Shown in pieces: positions 9,660-18,609 of a DNA stretch of 64,000 nucleotides; position 1 is the first letter of the stretch, and each line of letters opens with the position of its first letter. Source of the stretch: Candidatus Magasanikbacteria bacterium RIFCSPLOWO2_12_FULL_43_12 (lineage in GTDB: Bacteria > Patescibacteriota > Patescibacteriia > Magasanikbacterales > UBA922). The stretch spans positions 22,836 through 86,835 of the forward strand of contig MFQN01000004.1 of NCBI GenBank assembly GCA_001783065.1, written 5' to 3'. The notes below the pieces were generated by a model. It had not been told where the DNA came from. It did no database searches and saw only the letters and a list, made by a program, of their open reading frames with translations. The translations under genes and the position numbers were made by a program.

Positions 9660-10245
9660 GAGACCTCATCCTTTGTCCTTCTCCTACGAGGAGAAGGAAA
9701 CCGCCCACTTCCTCTCTCCTCGTAGGAGAGGCGGGGTGAGGTCTCAACGGGCGTGTGTTAATTCCGCTATTTTTGTGTTAATAACTTTTAAGACTGTCTC
9801 TGCGTTATAAATGCAATCTTCATTCATTACTCTCATTATATTATATCCTTGTTTTTTAAGCCACGCTTCGCGCCGATTGTCATATTCAATTTGATCGTTA
9901 TGTATTCCACCGTCAACTTCAATTATTAACTTTAATCTGTGGCAGTAGAAATCAACCACAAAACCGCCGATACTTACTTGCCGTCTGAATTTGTAATTTA
10001 ATTCGCGATTCCGTAGTAATTGCCACAACGCATACTCCCCATCAGTAATATCCCGACGAAGCGACCGACGGCGGCGTTTGAGATAATCGCTTGGACGATT
10101 CCTGTCCCGAGGTTCGGTGGTTTTATTAGCTGGCATGTTCTATTTATGTCAGTTCCGATGAGACCTCATCCTTTGTCCTTCTCCTACGAGGAGAAGGAAA
10201 GTGATTGGAGACCCTCTCCTACCTCCCCCTACAAGGGGGAGGGCT
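9660..10245. mobile_element. repeat-flanked DUF559 cassette 3
   Basis: Perfect 41-bp direct repeat 9660-9700 / 10160-10200, with an inverted arm at 9709-9744. Confidence 0.6.
9744..10136 (-). CDS. DUF559 endonuclease domain protein
   Basis: 'TDGEYALW', 'KFRRQVSIGGFVVDFYC', 'IEVDGGIH', 'DNRREAWL'. Confidence 0.9.
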   Translation of the reverse strand: MPANKTTEPRDRNRPSDYLKRRRRSLRRDITDGEYALWQLLRNRELNYKFRRQVSIGGFVVDFYCHRLKLIIEVDGGIHNDQIEYDNRREAWLKKQGYNIMRVMNEDCIYNAETVLKVINTKIAELTHAR

Positions 10246-10270
10246 GCACAACTACCCCTCTCTCCCGCAA

Positions 10271-10933
10271 TTAATTCGTCTTTTTCCCTTCCGCCAGCGC
10301 CCAGCATTCGTCCGCGTCGGTGATGTTGTCATACCACGCGCCGTTATGCGACTCGCACAACTGATCTTCTTTGGTGCAGGTCTTAATATTTGTAACGCAA
10401 GTTTCCTGATCGGTTATTTCGCTATTCCACCAATGCGTGTTGCCAACATCCCAAAAACCGCCGACCGCTTCCACCTCATTCAAACAACACCCCAACGGCC
10501 CCTTCGGTTCAGCGGCAGGACCGCTTGTTGCCAGAGGGCCACCCCCTCCGCTTATCATCCTGCTCAAAACAAAATTCGTAATCGCGTAGGAGCCCACCAT
10601 AATAAACAAACCAATAATCGCTCCGATGATTATGTTTTGCGCTTTGGTTATTTGTTCTTCCTCGCCCCTTGCCATCAGCCAGGTGTAGCCACCGTAAAAT
10701 ATCAAGAGAAAAAATATAATGCCGCCGATACTGAACGCGGCTTTGGCGATTCTGCCTGCCAGCGGTTCAATATCAATCTCTTCAGCGCCGATTTTGGTGT
10801 TGGCGTCCGCCGCGAAGCCAGCGGCGTTTTGGGCAGTAAATTTTTCGGCAAAAACGGTTGATGCGGAAAATAAAAAAACAAAATATAACAAAATTGGACA
10901 AAATTTAACAAAATTTTTATTGGACAAAGACAT
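10271..10933 (-). CDS. TrbC/VirB2-like pilin with Cys-rich C-terminal domain
   Basis: 'YGGYTWLMARGEEEQITKAQ'; Cys/Trp-rich tail. Confidence 0.8.
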   Translation of the reverse strand: MSLSNKNFVKFCPILLYFVFLFSASTVFAEKFTAQNAAGFAADANTKIGAEEIDIEPLAGRIAKAAFSIGGIIFFLLIFYGGYTWLMARGEEEQITKAQNIIIGAIIGLFIMVGSYAITNFVLSRMISGGGGPLATSGPAAEPKGPLGCCLNEVEAVGGFWDVGNTHWWNSEITDQETCVTNIKTCTKEDQLCESHNGAWYDNITDADECWALAEGKKTN

Positions 10934-10944
10934 ATTTTTGCGTA

Positions 10945-11538
10945 TTACTCGTTACACGAACAGTGCGGACCGATTTTGGCTTCATCCTCTTCATGAAATT
11001 GACAAGTGCCTGATTTAGTCTCTGGGGAATCTGTAAGTGCCCCCCATGTAAAAGTACATGTTGAACCAGTCTGTTTGCCACCACAATCATTTTCATCAAG
11101 ACTCTCTTTAAATGGACAACAATTATTAGCTTTTGTGCATTCTACTGCGGTGTTGTTGTCGCCACCCCCCGACGATGCCGTTCCGGGACCAATACTCTTA
11201 AACACAAAATTTGTAATCGCGTAGGAGGCGAGGACAATGACAATGCCGATGATAGCGGCGGTAATAGTATCAAGCGCCTTGCTTTCCTGTTCCGAATTTC
11301 CGCGCGCGAGCATCCAAGTTAAACCGCCGTATAACATTAAGGCAAAAAACAAAACGCCTACCAGAGACAGGCCGGTGCCGAGTACACTGCCGATGAGGAC
11401 CGGGAGCTGTCCGGGGGCTGTTTTGTCCAACTTGGCCGCGCCAGCGGTTTCCTCAAGACCATATCCTGCCAAAACGATGGTTGGGGCGAAGATGAAAAGA
11501 CAGATGAGAAGAGAGAATAAAAATTTTTTGAAGGACAT
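10945..11538 (-). CDS. TrbC/VirB2-like pilin with Cys-rich C-terminal domain
   Basis: 'YGGLTWMLARGNSEQESKA'; tail with 8 Cys. Confidence 0.8.
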   Translation of the reverse strand: MSFKKFLFSLLICLFIFAPTIVLAGYGLEETAGAAKLDKTAPGQLPVLIGSVLGTGLSLVGVLFFALMLYGGLTWMLARGNSEQESKALDTITAAIIGIVIVLASYAITNFVFKSIGPGTASSGGGDNNTAVECTKANNCCPFKESLDENDCGGKQTGSTCTFTWGALTDSPETKSGTCQFHEEDEAKIGPHCSCNE

Positions 11539-11544
11539 ATTGTT

Positions 11545-12011
11545 AATTTTCAATTTTCAATTTCTAATTTTCAAACAATTTTTAATGAATTAATTTTTAA
11601 TTCCGCCGTTTTTGCGTAATGATGAAGAAATCTTATTGAATATCAAGGTCAGTTGATGTGCTTCGCTCCATAGCGGTCTTAATGTGGCTTTCAATTCTGT
11701 GTTTGTCGTTGCCAGCATCTCCAGCCAATACTTTGTTTCCTGAATTTCTTTGCGGCAGATAAAAATTTTATTTGCAAAATCTTTACGTGAGCTGGCCGCG
11801 TTCGCTTCGCAATAATTAGCCGCCACACTGGTTACTGATCTCCCTAATTGAATGATAATATTTCGATTTAAATCTTTAATTTTGATGGTGGCTAACAGTG
11901 CCATGACATCTTTACTGAATTTTTTAGTTCTTCCCTCCAAATCATACTGCATAATTGATTAATTCGGTAATTGAAAATTGTTTGAAAATTGGTAACTGAA
12001 AATTGAAAATT
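11545..12011. mobile_element. inverted-repeat-flanked four-helix-bundle cassette (AATTTTC family)
   Basis: 42-bp arms 11545-11586 and 11970-12011, 4 mismatches. Confidence 0.65.
11590..11952 (-). CDS. four-helix-bundle protein
   Basis: 'DLEGRT', 'QLGRSVTSVAANYCEA', 'SRKDFANK', 'KEIQETKYWL'. Confidence 0.9.
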   Translation of the reverse strand: MQYDLEGRTKKFSKDVMALLATIKIKDLNRNIIIQLGRSVTSVAANYCEANAASSRKDFANKIFICRKEIQETKYWLEMLATTNTELKATLRPLWSEAHQLTLIFNKISSSLRKNGGIKN

Positions 12012-12012
12012 C

Positions 12013-12420
12013 TCAGTACATATCTCCGGTCGTAGAATAATCATACCCGGTCGTGGCTTTGAACAACTGCGACATCACAAAGCGAGTAATGGAATAGGCG
12101 GCGAGGATAATAATCAGGCCAATAACCGCGGCGTAAAGAATCTTTTTCGCGTTGCCGGCTTTTTCCTCATCGCCTCCGGCTGTCATCCAGGTGAATCCGG
12201 CGTAAAGAACCAAAACAAGGGCGATGGTGCCGAGCAAGCCCAACGCCGCGCTGATAATCCGCGCGGTCGTGAACCGCACGTCTGTTTCGCCAAGCCCGGT
12301 TGCCTTGCCGTATTCCATACCGAGATAGGGGCCGGTTTCTTCAACTTGAGCATACGCGTTATTGCCCAAAAGGGTCAAGGCAAAAACCGCGAGAGTGATG
12401 ATGGGAAAAAGTTTTTTCAT
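12013..12420 (-). CDS. TrbC/VirB2-like pilin
   Basis: 'YAGFTWMTAGGDEEKAGNAKK...AAVIGLIIILAAY'. Confidence 0.85.
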   Translation of the reverse strand: MKKLFPIITLAVFALTLLGNNAYAQVEETGPYLGMEYGKATGLGETDVRFTTARIISAALGLLGTIALVLVLYAGFTWMTAGGDEEKAGNAKKILYAAVIGLIIILAAYSITRFVMSQLFKATTGYDYSTTGDMY

Positions 12421-12436
12421 AATAATTAAATATACC

Positions 12437-12538
12437 AATATACTAATGTACTAATGATACTAATGAATACGAATATTTAACATCAGGGGGTATTAGTATA
12501 CATTAGTATCATTAGTACTCTATTTGTATATTAGTATT
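12437..12538. repeat. mini inverted-repeat element, TACTAATG family (copy 1)
   Basis: tactaatgtactaatgatactaatg ... cattagtatcattagta; second copy at 46721-46824. Confidence 0.85.
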
Positions 12539-12635
12539 ATAAATTAATATTGTTACCGAGAAGCAGCCATCAAAACCGCCGATGGCCGCTTTAACGCTAA
12601 CAACATTCCCTCGAGGGGGTGTTGATTTTGTATGG

Positions 12636-13148
12636 TTAGTCTAGGGTTTCTTGAGTGGAATAATCTCCGCCTGTTGTGGCAGTATATAGCTGTTCAAGCA
12701 CGAACCGAGCTATCGCGTAAGCGCTCAAAATAATCGCCAGGCCCAAAATGCCGGCAAAAATGCGTTTTTTCGCTGTGCCAACTTTCTCATCATCGCCTCC
12801 GGCTGTCATCCATTCAAAACCGCCGACCAACATTATCACGACCGCGACGATACCCAGCAAACCCAACGCTACTCTAATAATGTTTGATATGGTTGTCCTC
12901 ACATCCTGCTTTCCCAAACCAGTATCTTTGACATAGTCTAAACCAACAATGAAATCGCCCTCTTCTTTACCGACATACACACATGCCTCATTCGTACAGC
13001 TGTACCCATCGCCGCAATCAGCATCTGTGGCACAAGTCTTTGCAAAGACCGTGGCTGGCGCGGACGGCAACAATATCAAACCAAACACAATAGAAGCGAG
13101 AACGGTCAGTAACACTTTATGCTTCGTAATTTTCGTTAACCAATACAT
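12636..13148 (-). CDS. TrbC/VirB2-like pilin with short N-terminal Cys module
   Basis: 'CATDADCGDGYSCTNEAC' before the core 'GGFEWMTAGGDDEKVGTAKK'. Confidence 0.85.
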   Translation of the reverse strand: MYWLTKITKHKVLLTVLASIVFGLILLPSAPATVFAKTCATDADCGDGYSCTNEACVYVGKEEGDFIVGLDYVKDTGLGKQDVRTTISNIIRVALGLLGIVAVVIMLVGGFEWMTAGGDDEKVGTAKKRIFAGILGLAIILSAYAIARFVLEQLYTATTGGDYSTQETLD

Positions 13149-13215
13149 ATTCTCACCCCCTTTCTTGTTTAAAATGATTCAAAACACAGAACACAATTAA
13201 CAGAACACATTGCGA

Positions 13216-13785
13216 TTACGACCCGTTCAGTTTTTCCTCCCATTTGCAGTTAGCGCCGCCGGATTGATTATTTTGTTCGCAGTCTTGCTGATCAATGGCT
13301 GCTTTAACGCTTGACTGATTGTTCTCCTCGCACAAACATTGATATTCTTTCTCTTTTTCCGGAACTTCCGACATTATTGGCGCAACAGGCGAAGGCCCTC
13401 CCGTGGCTCCAATCGCTTCCAAAACTAAATTCAGTATAGCATAAGCGCCAAAAATTAAAAATAGCCCGATTGCCGCCCACATCATTGTGTCTAAACCTTT
13501 CTTCACTTTTTCCGTATTGCCGGCTGAAGTAAGCCACAAAAACCCACCGTAAACAAAGGCCATTAAAACTAATGAGCCCACAACCCCCATCGCGCCCGCG
13601 ATGATATTGCCGATAAGCACCCGTATATCAGTCAATCCTTGCGGTTTTTCCGCGGTCCCACCCAAAGGATTGATTAGAGTAACGGTGGTTACGGGAGGAT
13701 CGGTTGGGCCGGCGGCAACAGTGATGGGAAATAGGACTGAAAATGAAAGTAAAATAATGATTAAAAATTTTTTCATATTAAACAT
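13216..13785 (-). CDS. TrbC/VirB2-like pilin with Cys-containing tail
   Basis: 'LINPLG', 'YGGFLWLTSAGNTEKVKKG'. Confidence 0.82.
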   Translation of the reverse strand: MFNMKKFLIIILLSFSVLFPITVAAGPTDPPVTTVTLINPLGGTAEKPQGLTDIRVLIGNIIAGAMGVVGSLVLMAFVYGGFLWLTSAGNTEKVKKGLDTMMWAAIGLFLIFGAYAILNLVLEAIGATGGPSPVAPIMSEVPEKEKEYQCLCEENNQSSVKAAIDQQDCEQNNQSGGANCKWEEKLNGS

Positions 13786-13789
13786 AGTA

Positions 13790-13963
13790 ACCTCCCCTCT
13801 CGAAAAAGGGCGGGTTGTAAATTCCCTCCTCGGAGGAGGGCGCGGGAGGTGTTCGTCAACACTCGCGAACACACCCCCTGCCCCTCTCCGAGAGGGGAGG
13901 TTACGATTGTTGTGTTTATTTTCGTAGTTCGTAATTTCGTATTCTTTTCGTATGTTCGCACAT
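13790..13963. repeat. GC-rich REP-like pair plus a solo ACGAA-family arm
   Basis: The ~13822-13898 unit resembles the 77-bp unit at 7757; 13920-13963 is an ACGAA-family arm. Confidence 0.8.
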
Positions 13964-15048
13964 CACTTTATCCCTCTAAACTCCGTATTCACATTCAAAA
14001 TTTCCAGCATCAAATCAATCGCCGCGTAAGCGACCATGGCGACCACGAGTCCGAGCGCGGCCGCGATCATTGTTTTCTTCCCGGTCTCCACCATTTCCGC
14101 GTTGCCCATAGAGACAATCATCTTGAAACCGCCATAAACGAAAAACGCGAATGCGAATGTGCCTAAAATCGCGAACATGCCGCTGGCGAAATTTATTATT
14201 AATTCCAATAAATTATTCACACTCCGGCAAGTCCCGGAAAACGCGCAGTCAGGCAAAGCGCCAGCATAGTCCTTCGGTTTTCCGTACTGGTTTTCTATCC
14301 AAGCGTCAACGGTGGAGGTGGTCTGCACCGGCGAAACGCCGGTGACGGAAAAATATATACTTCCATCAAGAGTTTGTGATTCTACTCCAGCGACAGGAAC
14401 AGATGCCTTTACTTTCAATTCATAAACTTTTGTTATCAGTTGTTCCGTTGATGTGTCCCAAACAATCTTTGCTTTTCCGCTTCCATCTTCATTTTTTAGC
14501 TCCGCGCTTAATTCCTCGCAATTAACGCATTTTATCTCAATTTCTTCTTTGGTGCCGACGGCCTCAATCTCCGCTGTGCCAATTTTCCCTTCTGTAACTG
14601 GGATCGGATTGCTTTTACTTCCTACATTTGTATTCCACTTCAAATTATACCATTTCACCCAGTCATACATTGTTGCTCCGTTAGTATCTGTGTAAGTTAC
14701 CGCATGATACAACTGACATTTTGGCGTGTCAGCTGTAACGCATACTTTTTTTTGATCAACCGCAAACTGTAAAAGATTTTCACAATCCTCTGTTTTTAAA
14801 AATTTGATAGTCTCATCAACATCCTTAAACGATATCTCTTCGGCCTCGGTTTCACCCAGCCCAATCTCCAATTCCTCCTCTGTATAATAACATCCTCCAT
14901 CTGAAGTCTGTTGAGAATATTTGCAATAACACTTATCACTATACGTCAAAAAAGCCGCGTTTTCTGAAGCATAAACATTTTGTACGTACACCAACACAAT
15001 CGCTAAACCAGCAATGATAGTGATTAGATATTTAATCTGATTCCGCAT
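13963..15048 (-). CDS. pilin-domain protein with large N-terminal Cys-containing extracellular region
   Basis: C-terminal 'YGGFKMIVSMGNAEMVETGKK...AAALGL' core preceded by CxxxGxC. Confidence 0.78.
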   Translation of the reverse strand: MRNQIKYLITIIAGLAIVLVYVQNVYASENAAFLTYSDKCYCKYSQQTSDGGCYYTEEELEIGLGETEAEEISFKDVDETIKFLKTEDCENLLQFAVDQKKVCVTADTPKCQLYHAVTYTDTNGATMYDWVKWYNLKWNTNVGSKSNPIPVTEGKIGTAEIEAVGTKEEIEIKCVNCEELSAELKNEDGSGKAKIVWDTSTEQLITKVYELKVKASVPVAGVESQTLDGSIYFSVTGVSPVQTTSTVDAWIENQYGKPKDYAGALPDCAFSGTCRSVNNLLELIINFASGMFAILGTFAFAFFVYGGFKMIVSMGNAEMVETGKKTMIAAALGLVVAMVAYAAIDLMLEILNVNTEFRGIK

Positions 15049-15057
15049 ACTATAAAC

Positions 15058-16431
15058 CTACATCGTCTGTTGAATTAACTTCGCCGCGTTGGTTAAAAGC
15101 TGGACATCTTTTTGATTCTCGCTCTTAGTGGAGCCTGACGGCTGTAAACTGTTGTGCAGCATTTCAGTAAATACTTTCGCGGCCGCTTCTTTATTTTTGC
15201 CTCTATACCAACTCTCGGCTTGCAAGATCGTGCTGACAAACGGTTTCAGCATCTCATTAGCTTCTTGATCTTTAATCTGCGAACGCAGAGGCGTGGGCCG
15301 CTTGGTCGCGTCAGTATATTTTTTTATATTATCCGGCGTAGTCATGAATCTTACGAAATCCCACGCTTCATCCTGATGTTTAGATTTTTTTACTACTGTT
15401 TCCAGCCAATAATTCGCCACATTCGTCGGCGAGGCTTCGTTCAGTTGCAAAATCGGCATAATTTCCAAATCCATTTGCGGAGCGCGGGCTTTGATAAGCG
15501 GGTAATCGTAGGCGAAACCGAAATAAAATACACTTTTGCCGGACGAGAAGTTTTCCAGCGCGTCTTTCATTGTTTCATTCCAGCTATAAACCTCTTTTGT
15601 CGGACGGGCGAAGTCGGTATAAAAACGCAACGCGACTAATGCCGGATGATTTGGTTTGCCGGCAGTGAGCCCGTCGGCAAAACTAACGCGGTTGCCCGAC
15701 GCCATTTTGGCTCCGCTTTGCGACATAAACAAAGAAAGAATATCAAACGCGCGGTCAATATTATTTCCGGTTCCTAAAGCAACGCCGGACTGAACAATGT
15801 CGCCTTTTTCATTGAACCGCGTGCTGGTCTTAACCGCGGCCATAAATTCATCCCAGGTCTTTGGCGCTTCCGCCACGCCGGATTTATCTAACAGTTCTTT
15901 ATTATAATATAAAGCCATGGTATCAAACGCGAGCGGTAGACCGTAAATTTTATTATCAATCACCGCGTCATCATAAACCGCGTTGACAAAGCTGTATTTA
16001 ATCGCGCTGACCGACGGCATTTTATTCTCTTCAATGGTAACGACCTGTTCTTTTGTATATTGACTCTTGATGTAAACATTCGCGACTTTCACGCTCGCGG
16101 GCATCGGCGCGAGCCAAGAAACATACCTGCGCAAATCGCGCGGACTCACAGAAATAATATCCGGCGGCACATCGTCGGCAAGAGCGCGCAATAATAATTG
16201 TTCAAGTTCCTCGCCGCGCACTTTACGGATGTTTATTTTTACATACGGCCTCTGCGCCTCGTATTCCTTCTTGAAAACGTCAAGCTGATCCAGATCATTA
16301 TAAACTGTCCAATAATTTAACTTGACCGGCTTAACCGCGGCGGCTTGCTCGGCGGAAAGACCCTTGCAACCGAAACCAAGCATGGTAACGAGGGTTAACA
16401 AAGAGAAAAGGGTTAGGTATTTTTTTAGCAT
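15058..16431 (-). CDS. extracellular solute-binding lipoprotein (family 1)
   Basis: Lipobox LGFG-C; 'PPDI', 'IYGLPL', 'LYYNKELL', 'PKTWDEF', 'AWDFVRFM'. Confidence 0.88.
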   Translation of the reverse strand: MLKKYLTLFSLLTLVTMLGFGCKGLSAEQAAAVKPVKLNYWTVYNDLDQLDVFKKEYEAQRPYVKINIRKVRGEELEQLLLRALADDVPPDIISVSPRDLRRYVSWLAPMPASVKVANVYIKSQYTKEQVVTIEENKMPSVSAIKYSFVNAVYDDAVIDNKIYGLPLAFDTMALYYNKELLDKSGVAEAPKTWDEFMAAVKTSTRFNEKGDIVQSGVALGTGNNIDRAFDILSLFMSQSGAKMASGNRVSFADGLTAGKPNHPALVALRFYTDFARPTKEVYSWNETMKDALENFSSGKSVFYFGFAYDYPLIKARAPQMDLEIMPILQLNEASPTNVANYWLETVVKKSKHQDEAWDFVRFMTTPDNIKKYTDATKRPTPLRSQIKDQEANEMLKPFVSTILQAESWYRGKNKEAAAKVFTEMLHNSLQPSGSTKSENQKDVQLLTNAAKLIQQTM

Positions 16432-16438
16432 ATTAATT

Positions 16439-16966
16439 ATGTGCGAACTTACGAAAAGAGTACGAAATTACGAACTACGAAAACTTGCTTTTTATTCAAT
16501 ACTCGTTAATCACTCTTTTTATAACCACGCCGCTGTGGGTAAAACAGGCGACGATGGCCAGCTTCAAATTCAATGCCACCAAATACTGTTTTGTTTGCGC
16601 TATCACTTGCGCCGACACAAACTGACCTCTCTTTAACTCTAAAACAATTTTATCATCAATCAAAAAATCTAAATAATATTTCCCTACCATGCTATCAAAG
16701 CACTTCAACGGCACATAATATTGCTCTTCAAATTTTAACGCTTCTTTTGTCAAACCGGCAGCCACGCCTTTCTGATAATAACTTTCCCTGTGTCCGCCGC
16801 CAAGTTGTTTAAACACCTCTATCAAAACTCCATTAATTTTAAAACTCAATTCCGGATACAGCAAGTCTTTCCTGCGCACAACATATTCCCTCCCCTGATA
16901 TGTCATAAATTTTCATTCTAAATTTCGTAGTTCGTAATTTCGTACTCTTTTCGTATGTTCGCACAT
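16439..16966. mobile_element. inverted-repeat-flanked GxxExxY cassette (ACGAA family)
   Basis: 44-bp arms 16439-16482 and 16923-16966 differ at one position. Confidence 0.7.
16496..16906 (-). CDS. GxxExxY protein (PD-(D/E)xK-like)
   Basis: 'LGGGHRESYYQ', 'YLDFLIDDKIVLELK', 'AQTKQYL'. Confidence 0.9.
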   Translation of the reverse strand: MTYQGREYVVRRKDLLYPELSFKINGVLIEVFKQLGGGHRESYYQKGVAAGLTKEALKFEEQYYVPLKCFDSMVGKYYLDFLIDDKIVLELKRGQFVSAQVIAQTKQYLVALNLKLAIVACFTHSGVVIKRVINEY

Positions 16967-16988
16967 TCCATAGTTCGCACATCCCACA

Positions 16989-17651
16989 TTACTCTACTGC
17001 AGAAAAGATGAACGATACTATCGTATAACTCGCGAAAATAACGAACAAACCGAGCGTGGCCCAGACGACGATGTTTTTCGCCTGCGTGGATCTTTCCGCG
17101 TTTCCGCCGGCCAGCATCCAAAGCACTCCGGCGTAGGCGAATAGCGCCAAAGCGATACTACCCATCAATCCCATCGCGACTTTGATAATATTGCCCAAAA
17201 CATTCTTTATATCAGTGTCCTCTAATGTATTTAGACCACTAACTGGTGGAATGTCCAATGCGGGCGCGGCATCAGAATCTTCGGCTGTATCTGTTTTTGT
17301 TATATTCCCCTCCCATTTGCAATTAAAATTCTCGCCATCTTTTTCTTGTAAAGGCAAGCAGCCAATCTCTGTTGTCTCTATGCTGAAACCTCCGCCTTTT
17401 TCACCATCACAATTACAGGCGGCTGTTTTTTCTTCTCCTGATGACCATTCACACTCATAACCAATATTACTGTCCGTCTCCGCGCAACCTTCCTCGTCAG
17501 CCGACGATTCCATGGTAGTCTTGCCGCCATCGCTGTCGGTGATTGTGCAAAAACACGTGCCATTATCCGCTAACGCTGTGTTTAATGAAAAAAACAAAAG
17601 ACCTGACGCTAAAAATATAAATAACAGTGAAAATAAAAACTTATTCTTCAT
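16989..17651 (-). CDS. TrbC/VirB2-like pilin with N-terminal Cys-rich repeats
   Basis: Two CxC...C...CxW modules; core 'YAGVLWMLAGGNAERSTQAK'. Confidence 0.8.
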   Translation of the reverse strand: MKNKFLFSLLFIFLASGLLFFSLNTALADNGTCFCTITDSDGGKTTMESSADEEGCAETDSNIGYECEWSSGEEKTAACNCDGEKGGGFSIETTEIGCLPLQEKDGENFNCKWEGNITKTDTAEDSDAAPALDIPPVSGLNTLEDTDIKNVLGNIIKVAMGLMGSIALALFAYAGVLWMLAGGNAERSTQAKNIVVWATLGLFVIFASYTIVSFIFSAVE

Positions 17652-18478
17652 ACTCTGTTTTTAAAAAACGACGCGGCATCCAAAAGAGCGTCCTGATTAC
17701 CGGTATCTAAATATTTTCCTTCGTATTCATAAGCGAAAAAATCTTTCTGGCGCGCCAATGTGTTGGCCGCTTCCGCGAGCCAAATTTCTCCGCTCCGGCC
17801 TCTCTTCTGTTTTAATAAAATCGGCCAAATGTCCGGAGTAAAAATATAGCGCATGCCGCCGACTATCAATCCCAACGGCGACACCAAATCAATTGCCGGC
17901 TTTTCAACAAACTCTTTCACTTTATAAGTCCGCTTATCAACAGTCGGCTCGCCATACACATTGCCATATTTAGTCATCATGTTTTTGTCCGCAATTTTCT
18001 GCACTCCGATCACCGACGCGGAAGTCTGTTGATAAACTTCCAACAATTGTTTAACTGCCGGAATCTTGCCGCTGATAATACTGTCAGCGTCAGAACAAAC
18101 AAACGGCTCTTTTCCAATCAACTCGCGCGCCATCAACAAGGCGTGGCCATTTCCGAACGGTCTTTCCTGATACACGAAACTAAATTTAACTTTTTTAAGC
18201 AAATCTATCAGCCCAGCTATTCTATCATACTTTCCGCATTTTTTTAATTCTTTTTCAAATCTCAAGTCGCGGGTGAAATAATGTTTGATCGCCTGCTTCT
18301 CGCGGCTGATGACAATAATAATATTTTTAATCCCGCTATCCGCCATCTCTTCCGCTATATACTGTAAAACCGGCTTATTCAAAACCGGCAGCATTTCCTT
18401 TGGGATGGATTTGGTAATCGGCAAAAAACGCGTGCCCAAACCGGCGGCGAGAATTATGCCTTTGTGTACTTTTTTCAT
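17648..18478 (-). CDS. galU: UTP--glucose-1-phosphate uridylyltransferase-like
   Basis: 'AAGLGTRFLPITKSIPKEMLP', 'GNGHA', 'VEKP', 'YLDTG'. Confidence 0.85.
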   Translation of the reverse strand: MKKVHKGIILAAGLGTRFLPITKSIPKEMLPVLNKPVLQYIAEEMADSGIKNIIIVISREKQAIKHYFTRDLRFEKELKKCGKYDRIAGLIDLLKKVKFSFVYQERPFGNGHALLMARELIGKEPFVCSDADSIISGKIPAVKQLLEVYQQTSASVIGVQKIADKNMMTKYGNVYGEPTVDKRTYKVKEFVEKPAIDLVSPLGLIVGGMRYIFTPDIWPILLKQKRGRSGEIWLAEAANTLARQKDFFAYEYEGKYLDTGNQDALLDAASFFKNRV

Positions 18479-18527
18479 ATACCATTATTCTACCAAAAAT
18501 TAAAAATTTTCACCAGCATCTAATTCA

Positions 18528-18609
18528 TAACTCATAACACAATTAACATAACACAACGGACCCGAACGCCAATCCTCTGTGTTTTGTTAATTGTGTTTTG
18601 TGTTCTGTT
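18528..18609. repeat. gene-less AACACA/TGTGTT-family inverted repeat
   Basis: ataacacaattaacataacaca ... tgtgttttgttaattgtgtttt; further copies at 13180-13210, 22648-22730 and 32436-32469. Confidence 0.75.

Noticed and set aside
7028-13872. N-terminal ORF extensions such as MFAKVGEHLPRPPPRRE (7807, 13872) and MRGVRRRR (7126)
   Set aside because: They are translations of repeat elements upstream of better starts that carry signal peptides
5606-17651. Diversity-generating retroelement (Avd-like genes beside variable pilins)
   Set aside because: No reverse transcriptase in the window and no template/variable repeat pair differing at adenines was seen
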